Shown piece by piece: positions 1 through 11,000 of a stretch of 64,000 bases of DNA (within the stretch, counting starts at the first letter, position 1; each line of letters opens with the position of its first letter). The notes under the pieces are model-generated. The model searched no databases, was not told the DNA's origin, and saw nothing but the letters and a program-made list of their open reading frames with translations. The stretch comes from Eledone cirrhosa (taxonomy: Eukaryota): contig OZ024759.1 in the NCBI GenBank assembly GCA_964016885.1, forward strand, positions 16,926,001 to 16,990,000, read 5' to 3'. The position numbers and the translations under genes were made by a program.

Positions 1-185
1 TCTAACTGCCTTCCAAGAATTACATATATTCGTAATTATAGATTAACTTCTAGTGCTGTAGCATGACCGGGCTGTTTAGATGGTGCTGTAGCATAGCCAG
101 GATACTTGGAACATGCGCACTGAGTTTCTAAATCTTGCGCTTGCGCATTCTACTACATCCAAATCAAGAAAAAAAAAATGGCCGT

Positions 186-3100
186 CAGTTTGTAGAATTT
201 TACAAGCTTTACAAAAACTCTTACTAAATGGTTTAACAATGGACAATTGCTGCTTTCTGAAAGGTAAGGTAGATTTCTATATTATGTTGAGGTATTTTTG
301 TAAATCTTTGCCTCTTAGTCTCTTTCGTATGATATACTATTTACACCTTCCTAGTTGTTCTCTTGTTTACGTATTCAAACTCACTTCCAATTAGCAATCG
401 AATGTCGTCGTTTCGATTGTTGCCTACATCTTGTGATCTTTCGGAGTTATACACAATAAGTCCAGCTGTTCACCATCTATGTTTTAAACCCCTTTTCTCC
501 CATTTGACTTTGTCGACGGGGGAATCTTATCTTCCGTCTTGTAATGTCGTAAATTTAGTTCTATACACCTAAGTTTTGTTTTCACCTTTAATAGTCCGAG
601 AACAGTGTACGTCTGTTTTTCTGGTAATCATGGTTGAAGTATTGATCAGTGTTAATAGATCGAGATCGATTAACTTTCCAAACGTGAATTCTCAATCATT
701 AGGTGAGAGAGTGACATCTTGGACAAGGGTCATCATAAACTTCAGTTGACCCATGAGGGAAATTTAGTAGACAGCATCTATTCTGGAAGCCTGTACATTT
801 AATTGAGTCAGTCTTGTATTCTGGAGAGGTTTTGTCGGGTGTTTTAAGGATTGCAGTTATTCAATCGCCACTCCCACACACATATGTTACGTAAGTCCGT
901 AATTATGATTGTACCCGGAGATGATCGATATTGATACGATTGCAATATGCCAATAAAGTTTATATATATGCTGCAATTGACTTCGATCCTGCTTATATAT
1001 ATATGAGCGGTCACCCCACCGAACTTGCCTCTAAATGGGACAGACTCATCTAATCCATGCTAGCGTGGAAGATAGACGTTACACGTTGTTGATGATATAT
1101 AGGATTTAATTATGTCCTCAGGTTCATTCACCTTCGATGGACATAGCCTTGGTGTTGATGTCCGCGCCCTTCGTTCATTGGGAATGTTTACCCTCAATCC
1201 CCTCTCTCCTTCTCCAAAGCCTTTCCTGTTGCCTCCCTCTTCCTGCGAACTTCAACCTTCTTCTCTCGTCCTGTCATTCCAATGATTGTGAGCATCCTCC
1301 ATACTGATTAAGCCGATGATTCCCTGCAGCCCACCTCGACTGGAAATAGCCATACCTACGAACCTTACTCCTGCACAACTTCTTAATATTTGGCCTTCCT
1401 GTTACGAACGCCTATAGAGATTTGAGAGTGATCCTGGGCAGGCGATAATCCTTTATCCTAGAGACATGCCCTGTCCAGCTTCATGTTTAATCTTTCACAC
1501 GATAGTACAGTCTATCAAATTCACTGGTCACCTTTGCCAGTCTTGCGGATTTGCCTCTCAATTTTGGTATCTGATGTGAAGATGCACTCCAGGCAGCTGA
1601 TATGATGGACTGTTCAGTTCAGTCTCGCCAATGGTGTTATGGAGTGTAGGCTGGTGGAATACCACCATCTTCTTTAAGTTTACTTACAGTCTAGAGAGCT
1701 AGGCCTGCCTTTTAACGTGATATACTGTTACATCTAATGTTGTGTTTGTCTTTTAAACGTCCTTTATTTACAGTATATTGTGGTAGCTCTCCCTCCATAA
1801 GAACCACAGTTAAACGTAATAAAAAAAATGTAATATAAGTTTGGGTCTGTCTTTTAAGGTCCCTGTTATACAGTATACTGTGGTAGCTGCCCCCCCCCCT
1901 CTTTGTAGAACTTTACAAGCTTTACAAAAACTCTTGCTAAATGGTTTAACAATAGCAGCTTTCTGAAAGGTAACGTAGATTTCTATATTATGTTGAGGTG
2001 TTTTTGTAAATCTTTGCCTCTTAGTCTCTTTCGTATGATATACTATTTACACCTTCCTAGTTGTTCTCTTGTTTAAGTATTCTAACTCATTCCCGATTAG
2101 CAATCGAACGTCGTCGTTTCGATTGTTGCCCACCTCTTGTGATCTTTCCGAGTTATACACAATAAGTCCAGCTGTTCACCATCTATGTTTTAAACCCTTT
2201 TCCTCCCATTTGACTTTGTCGACGGGGGAATCTTATCTTCCGTCTTGTAATGTCGTAAATTTAGTTCTATACACCTAAGTTTTGTTTTCATCTTTAATAG
2301 TCCGAGAACAGTGTACGTCTGTTTTTCTGGTAATCATGGTTGAAGTATTGATCAGTGTTAATAGATCGAGATCGATTAACTTTCCCCACGTGAATTCTCA
2401 ATCATTAGGTGAGAGAGAGTGACATCTCGGGCAAGGGTCATCATAAACTTCAGTTGATCCATGAGGGAAATTTAGTAGACAGCATCTATTCTGGAAGCCT
2501 GTATCTGTAATTGAGTCAGTCTTGTATTCTGGAGAGGTTTTGTCGGATGTTTTAACGATTGCAGTTATCCAATCGCCACTCCCACACACATATGTTACGT
2601 AAGTCCATAATTATGATTGTACCCTGAGATGATCGATATTGATACGATTGCAATATGCCAATAAAGTTTATATATATGCTGCAATTGACTTCGATCCTGC
2701 TTATATATATATGAGCGGTCACCCCACCGAACTTGCCTCTAAATGGGACAGACTCGTCTAATCCATTCTAGCGTGGAAGATAGACGTTAAACGTTGATGA
2801 TGATATATAGGCATAATTATGTCCTCGGGTTCATTCACCTTCGATGGACATAGCCTTGGTGTTGATGTCCGTGTCCTTCGTTCATTGGGAATTTTAACCC
2901 TGAATCCCCTCTCTCCTTCTCCAAAGCCTTTTCTGTTGCCTCCCTCATCCTGCGAACTTCAGCCTCCTAGTTGTGAGAGTGATCCTGGGCAGGCGATGAT
3001 CCTTTATCCTAGAGACATGCCCTGTCCAGCTTCATGTTTAATCTTCCACACGTTAGTACATCTATCAAATTCACTGGTCACCTTTGCCAGTCTGTTGCGG

Positions 3101-3450
3101 ATTTGCCTCTCAATTTTGGCATCTGATGTGAAGATGCACCCCAGGCAGCTGATATGATGGGCTGTTCAGTTCAGTCTCGCCAATGGTGATATGGGGTGTA
3201 GGCTGGTGGAATACCTCCACCTTCTTGAAGTTGACTTACAGTCTAGAGAGCTGGGCCTGCCTTTTAACGTGATATACTGTTACATCTAATGTTGTGTTTG
3301 TCTTTTAAACGTCCCTTATTTACAGCATATTGTGGTAGCTCTCCCTCCATAAGATCCACAGTTAAACGTAATAAAAAAAATGTAATATAAGTTCGGGTCT
3401 GTCTTTTAAGATCCCTGTTATACAGTATACTGTGGTAGCTGCCCCCCCCC
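186..3450 (+). repeat. Recent tandem duplication of a ~1.7-kb unit (~186-1900 and ~1902-3450)
   Basis: Near-identical sequence at an offset of ~1706; second copy has an internal deletion; each contains an RTE-like fragment. Confidence 0.93.
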
Positions 3451-5099
3451 CCCCCAGTATTATCATGGGGTGTAACTCTGTGATAGACTGGCGTTCTGTC
3501 CAGGTGAGGTACCTGTATTTTCAGCCGACCGACTCGGATAAACATCGGTCTAATGAACCAACCTCCGAATTTGAGACAGACTTTAATCTTGCAATCGACT
3601 GACGTCCTATCCAGGGGAAGTCTCTTACCATATTCCTATAACACGGCAGCTGTTATATGTAAGGTTGTAGCTGTCCCTCCTTACCGTCCACAGTTACATC
3701 TAAGGATGGGTCTGTCTTTTAACGTCACTGATATACAGTTGCATCTAACGTCCCTTTATAGTCTATTATGGTAGCTGTACCTCCATACGGCCCACAATTA
3801 CATGTAAGGATGTGTCCCTGATATACAGTCCCTCCTTACCGTCTACATCGAAGACAGCTTATAAGAGGTTGACCTGTATTTTAACATCCTTAAACCTGGA
3901 ATCCATCAAGGTACGTATTAGTCACATTTGTATCGATCTTTTTAAATATTCGTTGCTAAAATGATATATGTAAACGGCATAAATGGAAGTAATTCAGGTG
4001 TTAATATATTTTTCATTTGTAAATTGTTAATGCATTGCTGGTGATATGTGTGTGTTGTTACGGGGTGCACTTATGGTTGTCAATATCAGTCTATACTTCC
4101 TTTGGTGACTGTACAGGCAGTAGATATTTCAGTGGAAGTGTCTTTCACACCTCAGTCTCTTTCCCTCTCGAAGACTCAATGTCCTGTAAGATTTTGTGGC
4201 CAAAAGAGCGGTTAAAAGACATGTTTAACCTGTATAATCTTCTATGGATATCGCTTGACTGTAAACAAAGATTTAGAGACATGTCTAATTTGCGTCTCCA
4301 TCGTAAGGTCTTGCAGTCATCAAAGGATCCTCAATTGTAGAACAGGGTCAGCATCGAACTTCGATAAACCACCACAATTAAACTCCCTAAACACTCCGTT
4401 GGCAGACATCGAAAACCCCATCTTCACAGCACCACCAATGCGTTAATAATTGTCTTATGAAAAAAATATTTAAATCCAAAATTACTTCCCTTTGTTCCGT
4501 TTGCATATATTAATTTTTTTTTCAACAAAATCTTTCAAAAGTACCCATAAGTACCACTATCTAACTCAGTAGAATTGCGGCCTTCGCGGTGGCGTGCGAA
4601 CTGCGTCTCGGACTACCAGTCTCCCTGGCTGGCGTTCTATTCGTGGTGGCGTACGACTGCATCGGCCTGGGACTATTCTGGGCCGGCACATAGATGCAAG
4701 GCCCGTCCCTGACCACCGTGAAGAATTTTTTTTCGAAAATTTTTTAATATGCAAATTAGATAAAAAAAAAAAAAGAAGAAAATCTTTGACATATTATATA
4801 TATATATATGTCGACATATATAATGAGACTTGTCGAAGATTTAATTTAATATGCTAATTTGGAAATTATATTAGAAGAAATTTCTTTTAATAGAATTTCT
4901 AATTTGCATATCCAATATGCTAATTTGGAAATTATATTAGAGGAAATTTCTTATAATATAATTTCTAATTTGCATATTAGAAATTTTTTCTAATATGATA
5001 TTTTCGAAGTTTCTAGATTCTTAAAACCCTTGAAGGTTATTAACATTCTTGGAAGACAGTTAGATTCGAACCTTTTTAACTTATATTCTAAACTTAGAA

Positions 5100-5530
5100 T
5101 ATAACCCTTGATACTTCTTAATACATTCTTACCTAGATTCGAACCTTTGATACTTTCTTTACATACTTCAAGGTTCTTATTACATTCTAACCCTTGATAC
5201 TTCTTACTACATTCTTGACTTACTTAGATTCGAACCTTTGATACTTTCTTTACATACTTCAAGGTTCTTATTACATTCTTACCCTTGATACTTCTTACTA
5301 CATTCTTGACTTAGATTCGAACCTTTGATACTTTCTTTACATACTTCAAGGTTCTTATTACATTCTTACCCTTGATACTTCTTACTACATTTTTGACTTA
5401 CTTAGATTCGAATCTTTGATACTTTCTTTACATACTTCAAGGTTCTTATTACATTCTTACCCTTGATACTTCTTACCACATTTTTGACTTACTTAGATTC
5501 GAACCTTTGATACTTCAAGGTTCATTCTTG
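5100..5530. repeat. Tandem repeat, ~90-93 bp unit, ~4.5 copies
   Basis: TTAGATTCGAACCTTTGATACTTTCTTTACATACTTCAAGG... recurs. Confidence 0.9.
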
Positions 5531-5699
5531 GAAGACAGTTTGATTCGAACGTTCGATGCTTTCTTTACATACTTAAAGGTTCTTGATACTTGGAACCTTG
5601 ATGGTTACTCCATTCTTGGACGACTGTTGGATTCGAACCCTTAATGACACTTTTGGACGAATGTTACATTGGTAATACTGTCTATACATTATTTTTTTT

Positions 5700-7400
5700 T
5701 TTTTGTCAAAATAAACTGAACACAATTCGTATATAATATGTAAACTTTATTCATTTTTGTCAAATAAACTGAACACGATTCGTATAAGATGTTCGACATT
5801 TTTTACGGCAACACAGCATATGACCTCGAAGGCTGGACATCTGTAAAAGGAAATAAAAAGAACATTAAACTTTATAAAATTCTTCAAATTTTGTTCTTTT
5901 ATTATATATACATTTAAAAAGAGGAAACCTTTTCCTACATCAAAGTTACGTAGATTAAAACCTAGGGTGTAATATTCACCATGACCTAAGACGACAGATC
6001 TCAAAAGGTTATTAATAATAACCAGAATTTACAACAATACACGAGGATATCATGAAGGGAACTAGAAATAATATTGTTGGATGGAAACTAAGAGTGTTGA
6101 AAAAAGAAACGAAAATTGTAAATGAAGTTTCTAACGAAAGAAACTAAGAGTATCAAAGAATGTAGCAAGAAGTATCTCATCCAACTGTCTTCCAAGAACG
6201 TAAAGAAAGTATCTAAGGTTCTAATCCAAGGTTTAAGGGGACACGTGTGCGAGAAATCAAGATTCATTGGGTGAATATTTCTTCGAAAGCATGTATACAG
6301 TGTCGAGATGGCTTAATTTAGTTTCTTAGAAGAGGTAACACTATTTGTGTGTGTATTTAGTTTTAAATTTCAAAGAAAGCCACAGAAAATAAAATATGAA
6401 CACAATAACCAAAGTGTGTATCTAATGAAATGTATGTTTTCTGAAGAGTAGAAACAAAATCTATATGAAACTAGTGATTTTGAAATGTCGAGAAAAATTC
6501 TATATGAAACGTATGTTTTCTGAAAAGTCGAAAAAGGAAATCTACATGAAATTGGTGTTTTGTGAAAGGTGTATATCTAATAGAATGTATGTATATAGAA
6601 AACAATATCCAAAATGTGAGCGTTATTGACATGAAGTGTATATATTAGTCCTAGTATAGAGAAAAGAAAACATTACATACCTCTCTACATGAAAGTAATA
6701 TCCAAAATGGTTCTCTTCCAAAGAAGAGTTTAAAAAAGGGGAGATAATTCTAATAAAATTTTGAGCAAAAATCGATTGTTCGCGAGGTCAGGGACAAGTA
6801 GCCAGCCTCCGAAATAGTCCCAGCTGCATAAGCCACGAAGACCTCATAACGATTTGAACTTCAGACACATAGAATGGTCACGCCATACATAGGTAGACGA
6901 CAAAGTCGGAACCGCGCCGCGCCGCAATTCTACTAAGTAAAATTAGTATACTTATAGGTAAAATTTTATTCATTTAAAAAAAAAAAAAAATATAGAAACG
7001 GAAAGGGGTGTAACACGTCTCAAAATATATTTAGTGTGTTATCTCACTCTTATTCCGTTTCTATATTTAAATTAATTTAGAATCTACTAGTATTTTGTAC
7101 ATATATGCAGAACAATTATTATGGAGATAAATATATGTACACATATGTGTGGGTTGTCTTATATATATACATAAGACAATTATTAACGCATTAATAATTG
7201 TCTTATGTATATACATAAGACAATTATTAGTGGTGTTGTGAAGATGGGGCTGTTGTACACATATACACAACAATTGTTATGGAGATAAATATATGTGTGG
7301 GTGTATATGTATATATGCCGAGGAGAGAGAAGAAGGGGGAGCACGTCAGCTCTGATAGAGAAGATCAGAAGTGTGGAGAGAGCGGTTGATAGGTCTAGGT
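5700..7400 (-). repeat. Diverged module copy, direct paralog of 13355-14650
   Basis: Shared blocks in the same order, including GC-rich 6770-6940 vs 14040-14185 and 7316-7402 vs 14562-14647. Confidence 0.85.
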
Positions 7401-8080
7401 GACACACTGATAGTACATATGAAGCAACTGTAAATGGCAATATGTGTCACATATCGGCCACCCGACGCACCTAGTTATGAAGGTAAGTTTGAGGATAGCC
7501 TCAGAAGGATGGAAGAAGTCCTTGACAAAGTCGACCAGGGTCTCAACATTCTGCTGCTGTGAGACTTTTAACCTACCTATGGCCACCTCCTCCCTGGAAT
7601 GACATCACTCGAACAGAGACAGATGGAGTCCATACTGGCCCTAAGACACAGGAACAAGCAGTACTCCTCCCAACAAGAGGCGAGAATGTTATGGAACTGA
7701 TTTACAGATAACACAATGCTCATCCGCAATGTAAAGGTTACACTAACGATTTTCTCGGACCATAACTTAGTAGAACTAATGACATGTGATCTGAGAGAGT
7801 CACATTTTCAATATGATTACAATACAAACCATGTGCCAGAGGAACAGACAAAATCTTATTCCCAGATCTCAAAACAGTTAAATGCACAACAGAAAAAACA
7901 ATAAGGAACCCTATCTGAAAAAGGCACTACTTGAAATTGAAATGACACTCAAACTTTTCCATGAGAAGGATGGGAGCAGAGAGAGAAGCCATAGAAAATA
8001 TTAAAACAAACCTTTAAATTTGCAAAAGAAACTGCCTTGGTACACTGTAAGATTGGGCCACTCTTCCATAAAAATGGTTC

Positions 8081-11000
8081 ATTCTTTTTATTGATAACGT
8101 ATGTAAATGACTCATTTCCTTTTACAGATGTCCAGCCTTCAAGGTCATATGCTGTGTTATTTGTCGTAACAAGTGAGAATGGCGAAGTTTCTGTAAATAA
8201 AAAAAGGTTACATTTTATATACAAATCATGTTCAGTTTATTTTGACAAAAATGAATAAAGAAATCAAGTAGAGGTTTACCAGTTGCTTCAAAAGGTAGAT
8301 GGCCTCCGTAGTACTTTTACCTGTCACAAATCCAAACTATAGAGGTATGTAATGTTTTCTTTGCCCTATACACATACATGTTATTAGATACATACTTTAT
8401 GTCAACAACTCTCACACTTTGGATCTTGTGTTCATGTGGCTTTCTGGCACATCGTCACTCACTCAACATGCTTTCTTTGAAATTAAAACATAATACACAT
8501 ACAAATAGTGTTAGCCCTTCTAAGAAACTAAACTAAACCATCTCGACACTATATACATACTTTCTAACTCAAATTTCTCTCTATAAACCTCATTCTGTAG
8601 ATCTTTCTTTAGAGACATACATATAAAACTATATACTCTCAACTAAGAAAAATATATAAACCTTCTTCTCTATACCTTTCCTTTTTTCTTCTAATAAACC
8701 TCTATACACAGCTACATTTTATTATCTTCTCTATTTCTTTCACACGTGTCCTCTTCTATGTAGAGAGAAACCTTTGTGAGAATCGAACTCACGATTGTAA
8801 AGTCCGACAACTTTACATAAATACTTTGCGCATTGATGTCCAATTATTTCGGCGCATGCGTACTTTAGTGAAAATTAAATGGCCGCATGAAGAACTACAT
8901 GTTTTACAAGGTGAATTAAAAAAACGTTAAAAACTTGGATTTTACTAATTTTACGGAGGTAAAGTAAAGCTTTATTTTATGTTGATCAATTTTATTGAAA
9001 CATTTTCTGTTTATTTCCCTCCATAATGTCAGAAATAATTATTTAAACATTAATTTAGTTTAGCCACATCTTACATTCTAATGTAATACAACACCCCTCT
9101 CATACATATTTCTTGCTCATACGAAATAGTGTATTTTGTTAATTATTATTTAAGCTGGTAAATAATATATTTCTATTTCCCTTCATGATATCCTCGTAAT
9201 TTGTAATCCGTGTTAACTAGATCGATATCGCTTTAACTTTTAACCTACAATCATTTATATTCTTAGTTTCTTTCGTTAAAAACTTCATTTACATTTTCAG
9301 TTTCTTATTTTCCCACCAACAATATTATGTAGACGATAGTTTTGTTTAAGCTACTGCCACATTTCTAGGTCATATGAAATAGAATTTAGCTTATTTTCTT
9401 TATTATTTAAATAATATATTTCTAGTTCCCTTCATGATATCCTGGTGTTTTGTTTTAAATTCGTTTTGGAGGACTTGCTCCTGTCACACATGATGTTGGT
9501 TGCTATATATTCTGGTTATTAATATTAACCAGAATCTTTTGAGATCTGTTGCCTTTGGTCAGGGTGAATATTACACCCGTCACGTTTTGTACCCATTTTT
9601 TTTTTTTAGATATCATGATCGTAATCAAAGATTAACTGTTGATTAATTTAGATATCATGATCGTATTCAAAGATTAACTGTTGGTCAGTGTTAACTAGAT
9701 CGATACCACTTTAACCCTTTACATTCTTAGTTTCTTCTCACGAAACTTTATTTACTTTCTTTGTTCCCTTTCAACACTTCATTTGCATTCTTAGTTTCTT
9801 TTTTCGTCATTGAAAACAACTAAGAATGTAGATGAAGTTTCTAAAGAATGAAATTTAATCGTAATCAGATCGATATTATTAACCAGATCGATACCGCTTT
9901 AACTTTTAATCTACGTAACAAGTAACCGTTTACAATCCTCTTTATGCATTTTATGTACATTCCTAGTTTCTTTCTTTATACACTTCATCTACCTTCTTAT
10001 TTCCTTTCTTTAAGAAACTTCATATAGATTCTTAGTTTCCTCTATTTAAATGTTTTTTTTATAATAAAAGACAAAATTGGATGAATTTTATAAAGTTTAC
10101 ATTCTTTTTATTGACAACGTCTGTAAATGACTTTTATTTCTTTTACAGATGTCCAATCATCGAGGTCATATGCTGTGTTGTTTGCCGTAACAAGTAGGAA
10201 TGTCGTAGTTTTTGTTAATAAAGAAAGTTTACATCTTATATACGAATTGTGTTCAGTTTATTTTGCTAAAAATGAATAAAGAAATCAAGAGTCTACAAGA
10301 AACTGAGTAAGACGCGCTATAAAGAACGTAAGTGTATATGAAGTTTCTAAATAAAGAAACTAAGAGGTAGATAAAGTTTCTTGAAAGAAACTAAGAATGA
10401 TGAAGTTACTAAATCAAGAAACTAAGAGGTAGATAAAGTTTCTTGAAAGAAACTGAGAATGATAAATTTTCTAAATAAAGAAACTAAGAATGCTTTTGAA
10501 ATTGTCGAAAAGAAAATCTATGAAACGGTACCCTCTTTTTAAAATTTTTTTATTCAAGGGAGGTAACTCTGTAATATTTTGAAACGAATTACCTCCCTTT
10601 GAAACACCTTCGTCACCGTCGTTACCACCGTCGGCACCTTCGTAACCGTCGTCACCATTACCGCCGCCACCTGGTGGCGGAGGAAAAGATACCGACGAAG
10701 ACGGCGGTGCACCTTCGTCTTCGTCGGTATCTTTTCCTCCGCCACCAGGTGGCGGCGGTAAAGATACCGACGAAGACGGCGGTGCACCTTCGTCGTCGTC
10801 GGTATCTTTTCCTCCGCCACCAGGTGGCGGCGGTAAAGATACCGACGAAGACGGCGGTGCACCTTCGTCGTCGTCGGTATCTTTTCCTCCGCCACCAGGT
10901 GGCGGCGGTAATGGTGACGACGGTTACGAAGGTGCCGACGGTGGTAACGACGGTGACGAAGGTGTTTCAAAGGGAGGTAATTCGTTTCAAAATATTACAG

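Noticed and set aside
4560-6945. Polinton/Maverick termini (AGTAG...CTACT)
   Set aside because: Homology extends beyond these motifs, no TSD seen and no polymerase, integrase or capsid ORFs
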